A stretch of 64,000 nucleotides of DNA from an uncultured delta proteobacterium (GTDB taxonomy: Bacteria > Desulfobacterota > WTBG01), in assembly GCA_963793865.1 (NCBI GenBank), contig CAWCBP010000002.1:1-64000 (forward strand), in the 5' to 3' direction. Position 1 is the first letter of the stretch. The number at the start of each line of letters is the position of its first letter. Positions 9,827 to 19,578 of this stretch are shown here, piece after piece. A program made the position numbers and the translations under genes. The notes under the pieces were generated by a model. The model saw only the letters and a program-made list of their open reading frames with translations, did no database searches and was not told the origin of the DNA.

Positions 9827-10492
9827 TCATGATAATTTTTCCTGTACATACTCGACACACTGCAATGTCTGATCGATGAGTTGATCATCCGTTTTTGCCT
9901 GTGTTTCAAAATGATAGTGTCCAATAAAATCTCCTCCCGCGTTAATGACTTCGCCCACCGCCGCTTTTCTTTTGTCTCTCAGGTAGTCCTTTAAATATCG
10001 TTTTATAAAGGGTGCCTCCTCACCGAATTGTTCATACTTCATGATGTGGATATTGGCTGTGGTAATCAGTATAAGTTTCTTGCCGTCAAACCTGTTGCGT
10101 TCGAACAGGGTGTGAATGGGCGTACTGACATTCCAGCTCCAAATGGGGGTGGCAATGATAACCGCCGAATAAGGGGTTAGATCAGGATTTTCCGGTTCAA
10201 TGGGGGTATGTATATGGCGAAAGGCATCGAGTCCCGAGGCAATGAATCCCCACCACCCCGAGCGGTCTTTCGGATCCTTGATTTCCAAGATATCCGCGCC
10301 GATGTTGTTAGCCAGGGTCTCGCTGATGAGCTTTGTTTTTCCTGATCTTGAATAATGTATTATCAGCGTTTTTGCAGCCCCCCGCTCTTCGGGGAAGGCA
10401 CTGGAAGAAATCTGAACTGAAAAAGCCAGCACAAAACAACAGCAGAGTTTAAACAGGTTTTGCTTGCCGAGGAATAGGTACCTTGTCATCAT
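9827..10492 (-). CDS. Exported flavodoxin-like protein (paralogue 3)
   Basis: Signal peptide, YSRSGKT, ATPIW and NRFDGKK motifs. Confidence 0.8.
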   Translation of the reverse strand: MMTRYLFLGKQNLFKLCCCFVLAFSVQISSSAFPEERGAAKTLIIHYSRSGKTKLISETLANNIGADILEIKDPKDRSGWWGFIASGLDAFRHIHTPIEPENPDLTPYSAVIIATPIWSWNVSTPIHTLFERNRFDGKKLILITTANIHIMKYEQFGEEAPFIKRYLKDYLRDKRKAAVGEVINAGGDFIGHYHFETQAKTDDQLIDQTLQCVEYVQEKLS

Positions 10493-10589
10493 ATATATTC
10501 TCCCATGGGCAATGCACCGCTTAACGGTACATGTTCCAGAAATAGCAATCACATGATTATGGTACAGAAAGCTGGAATCGTGCGGGAGA

Positions 10590-10892
10590 TTATAGATTAA
10601 GCCTTACCGTGGACAAAACAGAAAGGTTGAATGAGGTAACCGGCAACAGAATGAACGCATTATTTTCTGCCGGTATGGAAGGGTTATGGAATGCGGCAGG
10701 GAAGGCATTGAGGACTATTATCGAACTGCTGCCCGCGTTTTCCTGAAACTCTCTTTGCGGGGTCCGGGTTCCATTTTTGATAATGATCTCATGGTTGGCA
10801 GCATAATCCAGGTGGTGAATTGCGGGACACAACACCAGAAAGAGAAACGCACCCAGATAAATTATACAATGAAAACGCCTGGTTAATTTCAT
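10590..10892 (-). CDS. Small hypothetical membrane/secreted protein
   Basis: ORF with an N-terminal hydrophobic segment, co-oriented with its neighbours. Confidence 0.4.
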   Translation of the reverse strand: MKLTRRFHCIIYLGAFLFLVLCPAIHHLDYAANHEIIIKNGTRTPQREFQENAGSSSIIVLNAFPAAFHNPSIPAENNAFILLPVTSFNLSVLSTVRLNL

Positions 10893-11024
10893 AGGGGCGA
10901 CAACTCGGGTGGTATTTCTATCATTGCATGAGATGTATTCTGTTACACTTATACATAACCGGAAGCCGTTTGTCAAGGGGAAAATAAACAGGGGATTGTT
11001 CGACGGGTTCGGTGCCCAATGATG

Positions 11025-11939
11025 CTAGCGATCTAAATCTATATCCTTCCAGGAAGCGGGATCATTAAGCGACTCCAAGTGAGTAAAAACTGTCACGTTT
11101 GGCAACGCCTGGCAAATGCATGATTCTATTTTTTCCAACAGATCATGCCCATCCTGGACTGTCCATACCCCGGGAACCAGTACATGCAGGGATACAAAGC
11201 GGCGCCTTCCCGACTGGCGAGTTCGAATTGCGTGGCATTCAACCCCATTTTGCATATACGGCTCCAGCACTTTTCTCAAGGTGTCCCGGTCTTCAGAAGG
11301 CAGGGCAGCATCCATTAACCCCGATACCGACTTATACACAATCCGCCCGCCTGACCAGACGATGTTGGCGGCAACCATAATCGCAATAACCGGATCCAGC
11401 CGCTGCCAACCGGTCACTGCTACTGCACCGATTCCCGCCACCACTCCCGCTGATGTCCATACATCAGTCAGCAAATGCTTTGCATTGGCCTCGAGTGTTA
11501 TGGAATGGTACTGCCTGCCTGCCCGTAACAATAAGAGGGCGACAAACAGGTTCACCAGGGAGGCCGCTATCGATACCCCCATTCCCAGCCCGACCTGTTC
11601 CAGCTGTTTGGGGGTAATGAGCCGATGAACGGCTGCCGCGCCAATGCCAATTGCCGCAATGAGAATCAACGTGCCTTCGACGCCGCTCGAAAAGTATTCC
11701 GCCTTGCTGTGTCCATAGGCATGGTTCTCATCGGCCGGGCGCGAAGCTATGGTCAACATCGCCAGTGCCATCAGCGCCCCAGCAAGGTTGACGAAGGACT
11801 CCAGAACGTCGGAAAGCAGTCCGACCGAACCCGTAACCAGGTATGCGACGGCCTTGAGGGCAATGGTAATAATGGCCGCGGCAATCGAAAACCAGGCAAA
11901 GCTTGCAAGCGATGAACGGTTTGTGGTATTTGATGTCAT
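11025..11939 (-). CDS. Cation diffusion facilitator (FieF-like) transporter
   Basis: GSVGLLSD, HAYGHSKAEY, HLLTDVWTS and THLE motifs; about six TM segments. Confidence 0.92.
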   Translation of the reverse strand: MTSNTTNRSSLASFAWFSIAAAIITIALKAVAYLVTGSVGLLSDVLESFVNLAGALMALAMLTIASRPADENHAYGHSKAEYFSSGVEGTLILIAAIGIGAAAVHRLITPKQLEQVGLGMGVSIAASLVNLFVALLLLRAGRQYHSITLEANAKHLLTDVWTSAGVVAGIGAVAVTGWQRLDPVIAIMVAANIVWSGGRIVYKSVSGLMDAALPSEDRDTLRKVLEPYMQNGVECHAIRTRQSGRRRFVSLHVLVPGVWTVQDGHDLLEKIESCICQALPNVTVFTHLESLNDPASWKDIDLDR

Positions 11940-11995
11940 GGTATTCAGTGTAGCACGACAGGCACAGCAGCTCAACACAATTAAACCGGACGGCA

Positions 11996-13705
11996 ATGTT
12001 TCTCCCCACGACGCGCGAAGAGATGGATGAGCTGGGCTGGGATAGGCCCGATATCATCCTGGTGACCGGAGACAGCTACATCGACAGCCCGTTCATTGGT
12101 GTCGCCCTGATCGGCAGGGTGCTCCAGCACGCCGGGTACCGGGTGGGCATTATTGCCCAGCCTGATGCGCAGAGTCACCGGGACATTTCCCGGCTGGGGG
12201 AACCAGGGCTGTTCTGGGGCGTATCGGGCGGCAGCATCGACTCCATGGTGGCCAACTACACCGCCCTGAAGAAAAAAAGAAAAACGGACGACTACACCCC
12301 CGGCGGAATCAATGACCGCCGTCCGGACCGGGCCGCCATCGTTTACAGCAACCTCATCAGGCGCTACTTCAAAAACACCCGGCCCATCGTGCTGGGCGGC
12401 ATCGAGGCCAGCCTGCGGCGCATTGCCCATTACGACTTCTGGTCTGACCGGGTCCGCGCCTCCATCCTGTTTGACGCCAAGGCAGACTTCCTCCTGTACG
12501 GAATGGCCGAAAAAGCTGCCGTCAACCTTGCCGATGCCCTCCGCGCGGGCAGCGATGCGCGTGGCATTCGCGGCCTCTGTTACATAGCCCATGAAAGCGA
12601 TGTTGTCGGCATGAGAAGCAGCTTTCATGAACTGCCGCCATATGAGACTGCTGCCGGAGACAAGCAGGCCTTTATCGACATGTTCCACACCTTCTATCAA
12701 AACTGCGATCCCGTCACCGCAAAAGGTCTCTTGCAGAGACACGGCACACGCTACCTGGTGCAGAACCCGCCCTGCCCCCACCCCGCCCAGGCTGAGCTTG
12801 ATGCAATCTATGCGCTTGATTTTGAGCGGGACCAGCATCCCTATTATCAGAAGCAGGGTGACGTGCGGGCGCTGGAAACGATACGCTTCTCGGTCTCCAC
12901 CCATCGCGGCTGTTACGGGGAGTGCAACTTCTGCTCCATCGCCGTGCACGAGGGCAGGCGGATTCTGTGGCGCAGCCATCAATCCATCCTGGCCGAGGTA
13001 AAGCGTCTCACCCGTCACCCTGATTTCAAGGGTTATATACCGGACGTGGGCGGGCCGACGGCCAACATGTACGGGATTGAATGCGAACGAAAGATGTCGC
13101 ATGGCAATTGTCCCGCAAAACGCTGCCTCTATCCGGTGGTATGCCCCTCCCTTAAGGCCGATCACCGGCGGCAGCTGCAGCTGCTGAACAAAATCCGGCG
13201 CGTCAAAGGTGTGAAAAAGGTCTTCGTGGCCTCGGGTATCCGCTATGATCTGCTGCTGGCCGACCGTGCATACGGCAGGGAGTGCGTGCGGCAGCTGATC
13301 GAGCACCATGTCTCAGGGCAGATGAAGGTGGCGCCGGAGCACAGCGAGGAGACTGTTCTGAAGATGATGGGAAAACCCGGCACTGCTGCACTGGTGGAAT
13401 TCAGGGAGCTGTTCAACCGCATCTCCCTGGCCGCCGGCAAAGAGCGCTACCTCACCTATTATCTGATTGCCGCGCACCCCGGCTGCAGCGAAAACCATAT
13501 GCGGCAGCTCAAGCAGTTTACCGACCGCGTGCTCAGGATCAATCCGGAGCAGGTTCAAATCTTCACCCCCACGCCATCCACCTACTCCAGCCTCATGTAT
13601 TATACGGAGACTGATCCTTTTACCGGCATGCCCGTCTTTGTTGAAAAAGACCCCCGGGGGAAAACCAGGCAGAAGAATATTGTAATCCGGAAGCGCAGGA
13701 TGTAA
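11996..13705 (+). CDS. YgiQ/UPF0313-family radical SAM protein
   Basis: FLPTTREEM, GDSYIDSP, CYGECNFC (CxxxCxxC) and VQIFTPTP motifs. Confidence 0.92.
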   Translation: MFLPTTREEMDELGWDRPDIILVTGDSYIDSPFIGVALIGRVLQHAGYRVGIIAQPDAQSHRDISRLGEPGLFWGVSGGSIDSMVANYTALKKKRKTDDYTPGGINDRRPDRAAIVYSNLIRRYFKNTRPIVLGGIEASLRRIAHYDFWSDRVRASILFDAKADFLLYGMAEKAAVNLADALRAGSDARGIRGLCYIAHESDVVGMRSSFHELPPYETAAGDKQAFIDMFHTFYQNCDPVTAKGLLQRHGTRYLVQNPPCPHPAQAELDAIYALDFERDQHPYYQKQGDVRALETIRFSVSTHRGCYGECNFCSIAVHEGRRILWRSHQSILAEVKRLTRHPDFKGYIPDVGGPTANMYGIECERKMSHGNCPAKRCLYPVVCPSLKADHRRQLQLLNKIRRVKGVKKVFVASGIRYDLLLADRAYGRECVRQLIEHHVSGQMKVAPEHSEETVLKMMGKPGTAALVEFRELFNRISLAAGKERYLTYYLIAAHPGCSENHMRQLKQFTDRVLRINPEQVQIFTPTPSTYSSLMYYTETDPFTGMPVFVEKDPRGKTRQKNIVIRKRRM

Positions 13706-13758
13706 AGTATGCAGGTGCGATAGAGGCATGAAGCATTACGCTCAGGAGAAAACCCCTC

Positions 13759-14463
13759 ATGACCGATCAATTGAAAGACATTCATCTTCAATTCAGGAAT
13801 ACCATTGCCGGCCGCTATGCTCTTAAACCGGTACCCTTAAAACATCCCTTCCCGGAGCGGCCGCTGCGCGCGCTGGGCATCATTAAGATCGACGGCAGCG
13901 TGCATGAGACGGAAAAGCTCATGCGGGTGATGGTTCTTACCACACAGTTTTTAACCGGCTCCCGCTGCTCGCGCTCGATCTTCCTGGGGCCGCGTCCTGA
14001 ATTGCATCTTCCCATATTATCTTCGGAAACCATCCTCATGGGTGCCAAACGGGCCTTCCTGGTCGACATTCATACAACGGTACGGCAGGAGCGCTGGAGC
14101 GCGCTGAACATTGAAGACCGGTTGCTTGCCATCAGGAGCAGCTATCCGCAGCTCCTGGCAAAGCCATTAACCCTCAAGGGGAAAATAAACGATATCATGT
14201 CAAAAGCCCACTGTTATGTGGAGGTGCCGCCTGAGCTTGACGGACAGGCTCTTTCCCTGTTCAATGAATATCTCCATCTGTTTCTGGAACTTGTCGACGC
14301 GGCAGTCCCGGCCCCGGCGGGAGATCAGAACAAGGCCCGGGAGGATTTTGAGGCCTATCACCAAACGGTCATTAACCACGACCCCGCGGTAAAGTTATAT
14401 TCCGTGCTCTTCGGTAAAACCGGTGGAGTTGAACGGGTCAATGATCTCTTTTTCGCAAAATAG
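13759..14463 (+). CDS. Ferredoxin-dependent bilin reductase / red chlorophyll catabolite reductase-like protein
   Basis: P..HLPIL, FLVDIH, LFNEYLHLF and HDPA..LFGK...VNDLFF resemble PcyA/PebA/PebB/HY2/RCCR; 234 aa. Confidence 0.65.
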   Translation: MTDQLKDIHLQFRNTIAGRYALKPVPLKHPFPERPLRALGIIKIDGSVHETEKLMRVMVLTTQFLTGSRCSRSIFLGPRPELHLPILSSETILMGAKRAFLVDIHTTVRQERWSALNIEDRLLAIRSSYPQLLAKPLTLKGKINDIMSKAHCYVEVPPELDGQALSLFNEYLHLFLELVDAAVPAPAGDQNKAREDFEAYHQTVINHDPAVKLYSVLFGKTGGVERVNDLFFAK

Positions 14464-14490
14464 CACCGGGAGAGAGTGAAAAAATATTGG

Positions 14491-14599
14491 ATTCCCGCTT
14501 TCGCGGGAATGACATTTTTAAATTGTTCGGACGCGACGGAGCGCGTCCCTTCCTGTAATCCTTATCCAAAGGTAGGGGCGACCGGCCGGTGGCCCCTAC
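14491..14599. repeat. Cluster of three REP-like palindromes
   Basis: ATTCCC-N8-GGGAAT (14491-14510), GGACGCG..CGCGTCC (14529-14548) and GTAGGGGC..GCCCCTAC (14572-14599). Confidence 0.7.
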
Positions 14600-14621
14600 A
14601 GATCAGAAGGAGCAGAACCAA

Positions 14622-15080
14622 ATGCGTGAAGTGCTGAAAAACATGGCATCCCTGCCGGAGGTAGAGATTGCCGAGACACCTGAAGACCTTAAGGTTATCG
14701 CCGCGCGGACTTTACAAAGCAAGGAAAAGGTCATTTATTATGTCGGCAGCGTGGAAGTGCTCATGCAGGGGTATGAGCGGACCTATGATCAGGGCTTTTA
14801 TATCCCCACCAGAACAGAGCTGGGCATTTTCGTAAAAATGCTTGTCCCGGACACGGAGGTGATGCGCGCCTACCGGGCCAACGATGCCGGCGAAGCCCGC
14901 GAAACCAGGGCGCTGCCCGATGACGTGAGGATGGACTACTCAGCCATGATTCATGATGACCATGTGGTCTTTTTTCTCCAGGAGCCGAAGCTGTACGGCC
15001 TTTCCATCATCTCGCCGGCGCTGGCTCAAACCATGAAGGCGATGTTCCAGGACATGTGGCGCAACGCAAAAAAACAGTGA
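14622..15080 (+). CDS. Hypothetical protein resembling the TrmB C-terminal (PLD-like effector) domain
   Basis: IHDDHVVFF...IISPALAQTMKAMFQDMW pattern; no HTH. Confidence 0.5.
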   Translation: MREVLKNMASLPEVEIAETPEDLKVIAARTLQSKEKVIYYVGSVEVLMQGYERTYDQGFYIPTRTELGIFVKMLVPDTEVMRAYRANDAGEARETRALPDDVRMDYSAMIHDDHVVFFLQEPKLYGLSIISPALAQTMKAMFQDMWRNAKKQ

Positions 15081-15104
15081 AGCGCTGACGCCTCAACCGC
15101 AAAG

Positions 15105-15146
15105 GCAAAAATGCCCTGTCCGCTAAAAACGAACAGGGCATTTTTG
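15105..15146. terminator. Bidirectional intrinsic terminator
   Basis: CAAAAATGCCCTGT...ACAGGGCATTTTTG between convergent genes. Confidence 0.8.
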
Positions 15147-15165
15147 TAATTGCCGGGACCTTTTA

Positions 15166-16761
15166 TCAGACGCGCACACCCTTTTCTATACCGATGGCCG
15201 ACAAGGGTTCACTGACGCCCTCCTGAGATAGGATGGAGCGCGCAACCTGCAGCCCTGAGACCGTTACCCCGATAATGCCCAGCGCCGGCTGCGTCCAATG
15301 GCCGCTCAGGAAAAGATTTTTAACCGGCGTCTTTTGCCCCAGCCGCCGCGGTCCCAGCTGCTGCGGGGTAAGGGCCCAGCCGATGCTCGCGTCTTCGCCG
15401 CACAGCATATACCGGTTTACCGTGCGCGGGGACCAGAACTCCCGGTACTCGATGTGCTGCGAAAGGCCGGGAATTTTCCTTTCGGCGCGTTTGATGAGCA
15501 CGTCCGCCACCCGCTTTTCAAAATCAGGGTCATCCCATCCCTCGACCGGCGCCGGTATAACGTGGATGACCAGCGCTGTTTTCCCCGGCGTGGCTGACCC
15601 GGGATCACTCAGGTTTGCCAGCTGAAATCTGAACAGGGGGTCAGGCGCGTTTTCGTCCAGCAGCCGGCCTTTCAGGTTCTTAAAATGCTGCTCGGTATCA
15701 TAGGTGGAGGTGTGGATGTGCAGCGCCGGCGCAAGCCCCATTTTCTTCAAATCAATATCCAGGCCGAGCAGCAGCGCGCAAAACGGCGGGGTCACCTCAA
15801 GCGCGCGCAGCCGGTTAAGGTATGAGGCGCTGACATGCCGGCCGCCGAGCAGCTGAAAGAACGTCTGCCGGGCCGAAGCGTTTGAAATCACATACCTGGC
15901 GGTTATGGTCTCGGGCGGGCCTTTCCCGGCGTCGTCTTCCGCCCCGGCATGCGGGGAGTTGACCAGTTGCACCCCGCAGGCCCTGCGGTTCTCCACCATG
16001 ATCCGCTCCACCAGTTTCCCGGTGAGGACGGTGCCGCCTTTTGCCCGCACACCAGAAGCAAAGGCCTCCGATACCGACTGTGCGCCGCCCTTCACATGAG
16101 GAATAGACAGGCCGCCTTCAATCAAAAGCCCGGCAATGCCCAGGGCAGACATCTTTGAGGGAGGTAAATTGGCGCAGGTTGAATTAATGGAGAGCGCCGC
16201 CTTGAGCCGGGGATTCCTCACATACCCGTCCATAAAGGGGACAATGCCCCTGGACATATGCCGGACCAGGGTGGGACATTTGAACAGAATCCTGGCGATA
16301 TCCCGCGGACCCGTGCCGAGGAAGGTGGCATAGTCTGCCTGCTCATTAATGGTTGTGAGCGTTTTAAAAAAACGCCGGATGCCGTCTGCCTCTGCGGGGA
16401 AGAGCTTTATAAACTGTTCCATGAAGCGCTCGCGGGCAGCCCCGCCGCCCGAATAGATATAATAATTAAAATCGGGAAAGTGCACGTGGTACCCCTGCTC
16501 AAGGGGTATAAACTCAATCTCCTTCTCAATCCCCAGGGCGCGGATGGTTCTGGTGATGAGTCCGTTCTCCGTGGTGCCGGTCACCTCGGAGGCAGCCACG
16601 GTAAAGTTAAAGCCGCCGCGCTCATAGCTGGAGCAGAAACCGCCCACCTGCCGGTTCTGCTCAACGACGGCGACCTTCATCCCGTGGTGCGCAAGCCACG
16701 CCCCGCAGGAAAGCCCCCCCATCCCGCCGCCAATTATGACCGCATCATATTTGTCATTCAT
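15166..16761 (-). CDS. Phytoene desaturase/retinol saturase-family FAD oxidoreductase (CrtI-like)
   Basis: GGGMGGLSCG, VEQNRQVGG, KGGAQSVS and TPVKNLFLSGHW motifs. Confidence 0.85.
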   Translation of the reverse strand: MNDKYDAVIIGGGMGGLSCGAWLAHHGMKVAVVEQNRQVGGFCSSYERGGFNFTVAASEVTGTTENGLITRTIRALGIEKEIEFIPLEQGYHVHFPDFNYYIYSGGGAARERFMEQFIKLFPAEADGIRRFFKTLTTINEQADYATFLGTGPRDIARILFKCPTLVRHMSRGIVPFMDGYVRNPRLKAALSINSTCANLPPSKMSALGIAGLLIEGGLSIPHVKGGAQSVSEAFASGVRAKGGTVLTGKLVERIMVENRRACGVQLVNSPHAGAEDDAGKGPPETITARYVISNASARQTFFQLLGGRHVSASYLNRLRALEVTPPFCALLLGLDIDLKKMGLAPALHIHTSTYDTEQHFKNLKGRLLDENAPDPLFRFQLANLSDPGSATPGKTALVIHVIPAPVEGWDDPDFEKRVADVLIKRAERKIPGLSQHIEYREFWSPRTVNRYMLCGEDASIGWALTPQQLGPRRLGQKTPVKNLFLSGHWTQPALGIIGVTVSGLQVARSILSQEGVSEPLSAIGIEKGVRV

Positions 16762-17016
16762 GACTCGCCGCTCTCTTTCCATTCCTGTTTCATGTTCCGG
16801 GTATAAGCACTCATGACAATATAAATGCGCATGGTCGGGCTACTATAAGATATGGGTCCATGCAAGTCAAGTGCAGCGTCTTATCACCGCCGCAGACAAA
16901 TGAATGTTTCCATGGACGCAACCAGGACGACTACGCACCGCGATTTCTCTTACAGGCACACATCTGAGAATTTACCAGCCTCGGGCTGTTGAATCTTTCA
17001 GATATTCATGAAGCCG

Positions 17017-17065
17017 GTAGGAGCGACTTCAGCGGCGAATGCTTCGCGCCTGAAGGCGCTCCTAC
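17017..17065. repeat. GTAG-family REP doublet
   Basis: GTAGGAGCGACTTCAG...CTGAAGGCGCTCCTAC. Related singlets at about 50266-50286 and 63898-63921. Confidence 0.7.
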
Positions 17066-17187
17066 CGAAATCTAAAACAGTTCTGGCTGGATTGAGGGTT
17101 GTTAAAAAAGTTGCCAAACGGGTTTTATTGCTGTATTTTGTCAAACAAATGCTCTTTGTGGTACATATCTTTGAGAGGAGGACCGGT

Positions 17188-17835
17188 ATGAACAAAAAAA
17201 CAGCACTCTTTTTTCTTGTGGGCGTTTTTTTCACCGCCGCGCTTGCCATGAATGCGCCGGCGGCAGCGCAGCAGGCAAATGATGTGTTGCCTCAAGACAC
17301 CCTCATGCGCATGCGGCTGGAACTCGAGAACATGGACCGGACCGGGGACCTGACAGGCATGATCTCGAAAACCGGGCATCTGGTTGACGCTTTACTGCCG
17401 TCCCTTCAGGATGGAGACCCTGATGCTCTTCTGCCGGTGATCGCGGATTTCCTTGCGGAGGTCAATACCATTGAGGAACAGCAGCTTGTGGAGGAATGCA
17501 AAGACGCTTTGCTGACAGGGCTGTTCTATTCAGGCTGGTCGCTTTTCCAGACGGCATCAGGAGTTGGAGACCCGGTTTGCCTCACCCTCTCTGCCGGCGA
17601 CATCATTGCGGACATTCTGATAGTGCTGCAATCATACCAACTCTGCGTGATTGATAATTCGGAGGTCCCTGATGAGGCACTCAGGGAGACCATCTGTCAG
17701 CAGCAGAAATTAGTCAAAACCTATGATTTTATAGCCGGCTGGATGTATGTGACACAGTGCAGCTATGGGGCCTCATTCGTCACCTATCTCACCCTGATCG
17801 TAAACTTTTTGACCGTTTTTTCGGTTTGTGCCTGA
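17188..17835 (+). CDS. Secreted hypothetical protein (Cys-containing, helical)
   Basis: AGGAGG RBS and a signal peptide ending in AAA. Confidence 0.65.
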   Translation: MNKKTALFFLVGVFFTAALAMNAPAAAQQANDVLPQDTLMRMRLELENMDRTGDLTGMISKTGHLVDALLPSLQDGDPDALLPVIADFLAEVNTIEEQQLVEECKDALLTGLFYSGWSLFQTASGVGDPVCLTLSAGDIIADILIVLQSYQLCVIDNSEVPDEALRETICQQQKLVKTYDFIAGWMYVTQCSYGASFVTYLTLIVNFLTVFSVCA

Positions 17836-17876
17836 TAATCACCGGGGTCACATAACAAATGAGGTAAAGGTGCGCT

Positions 17877-18602
17877 ATGAGTGAAACGGTGCGAATGTGG
17901 ACGGAAATTGTATTCGATGTCTTCTACCTGGCAACCATCTGGACACTGGTTGGCGTTATGTCCTACAAATTGTCCGGCCTTCCGCGGAGCATGTTTCGTC
18001 TTGCACAAGTCTTCCGGGCAGCGTTTTTCTTTCTGGTGCTGGGTGATACCGGGCTGCTCGGTTCGCGCATTATCGCGTATGCGGCAGGCGGTCTTGAATA
18101 CAGTCCGGCATTTTTAGGAGGATCTATTCACCTGGCCGGTCTGGGCAATTTATCCACATCGATCACCGTGACCATTTTTTACATGTGCTTCCTGGAATTG
18201 TGGCGGAGGAGATATGACCGTCCCTTTACCCTCCTGTATTATGTGCTCATCGCGGCCGCGGTTGTTCGCTTTATTGTTATGCTGTTTCCTCAAAACCACT
18301 GGGAATTCCATATCGCTCCGGTGGGCTATGGAATTTTCCGCAATATCTTTTTAACCGTTCAGGGTCTGGGTGTCGCTTTTCTCTTTTTGCATGACGCGCG
18401 AAAGACCAATGACCGGCTGTTTTTAACCTTCAGTATCCTGATTTTTGTTTCATTTTTTTGCATGTGGCCGGTCGTCCCTTTCTATCCCCGCTTTCCCCTG
18501 ATCGGCATGATGATGATTCCCAAAACCGTTGCCTACATGGCCATTGCCTTTATCGGGTATAAATATTTCTTTAAGGATCAAAAGGCCGGGGCTGCTGGAT
18601 AA
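17877..18602 (+). CDS. Conserved 7-TM hypothetical membrane protein
   Basis: Hydrophobic helices with LGD, STSITVTIFY, FRNIFL and MMIPKT motifs. Confidence 0.7.
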   Translation: MSETVRMWTEIVFDVFYLATIWTLVGVMSYKLSGLPRSMFRLAQVFRAAFFFLVLGDTGLLGSRIIAYAAGGLEYSPAFLGGSIHLAGLGNLSTSITVTIFYMCFLELWRRRYDRPFTLLYYVLIAAAVVRFIVMLFPQNHWEFHIAPVGYGIFRNIFLTVQGLGVAFLFLHDARKTNDRLFLTFSILIFVSFFCMWPVVPFYPRFPLIGMMMIPKTVAYMAIAFIGYKYFFKDQKAGAAG

Positions 18603-18693
18603 ACCTGATAACGAATGGTTTTGGAAGGCCTCTTATTGGACTTGCTGCCGTTCCGGAGGGTCATGCGGCACAGATGAGTAGATGATGTAGGTA

Positions 18694-19131
18694 TTACCCC
18701 TGACCCCTCCTCGCGATCATGCGCTTGTAAATCCACTGGGCAAAATTTATAAAATAAACCATGGAAGCAAAAAGCATGCTCGCGGCCAGCCGGTTGCGAT
18801 CCCACCCCTGCCAGATCCCAATAAAATAGATGATGTATGAAAGAATGGCCGCAAGATTGCCGACATCCTGCCAGAAAAATTCCCGGCACATGAAGTATTT
18901 ATTGCAAAACTGCTTCTCCCAGAGGATGCCGATAACCGTATTAAGCCAGAGCAGCGCGAAATTGACCCAGAAGGTTATCAGCGCAGGCATCCATCCCTCG
19001 CCTGCGGTCAGAAAACGCAGCACATAATAAAAGTTCAGCAGCAGTATTAACAGCTGGATCCCGCCTATGACCATCATCGCACGGGCCAGGGGTGACGAAT
19101 TGCGGCGGCTCAGTTCTTCCGCGGTATACAT
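18694..19131 (-). CDS. BchF-like 3-vinyl (bacterio)chlorophyllide hydratase homologue
   Basis: YTAEELSRRNSS, VLRFLTAGEG, GILWEK, FFWQDV and YFINFAQW match BchF as recalled (YT.E...RR..S, GAIWEK, FFWEDV, Y.INA.Q). GGGAGG RBS. Confidence 0.8.
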   Translation of the reverse strand: MYTAEELSRRNSSPLARAMMVIGGIQLLILLLNFYYVLRFLTAGEGWMPALITFWVNFALLWLNTVIGILWEKQFCNKYFMCREFFWQDVGNLAAILSYIIYFIGIWQGWDRNRLAASMLFASMVYFINFAQWIYKRMIARRGQG

Positions 19132-19250
19132 AAGCACCTCCCTCAACTATTTCTCCAGTCCACGCTGTTCAGATATGCCGGCGTCATCAGTCATGCCAAT
19201 CTGTTTTTTCAACGCGCTCAATTGAAAAAAACGAATCTTCCGCACGGCAG

Positions 19251-19270
19251 ATATAGTAAATGTATGTATA
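19251..19270. promoter_or_regulatory. Putative MarR operator upstream of the bchF-like gene
   Basis: ATATAGTAAATGTATGTATA, 17/20 identical to 42676-42695 upstream of the paralogous marR. Confidence 0.45.
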
Positions 19271-19578
19271 TTAATCATCAGGCAGCTAAAATTCAAGCAA
19301 AAAATAAAACACTTGTTGATGGCGTATGACTGCTGCTTCTCAATAACGGTCCTTTCCCGCGGAATACGCGTCAAAACACCATTTCATTTTTCACTAAAAT
19401 ATGTGGTGGTAGTGCATATATATTCAGCTCTCCCATACCATCAGATTCATTACCGCCGTTCATGCAAATATCATTTTATTTCGGATAACTACAGCGTCAA
19501 TAAAATGATTGACAAGGAACAGAATATTAGTTAATTAATGTGTACTATTATTCCATCTCACCGGCACGCAACAATCAT

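Noticed and set aside
11981..13309. Long antisense ORFs (also 4713-5633, 20805-21560, 22025-23086, 56619-57269)
   Set aside because: They are shadows of well-supported genes on the opposite strand.
7393..19131. Photosynthesis gene cluster
   Set aside because: No Mg-chelatase, DPOR/COR catalytic subunits, BChl synthase, reaction-centre or antenna genes are in the window, and the homologues are diverged and dispersed. The rest of the genome cannot be judged from here.
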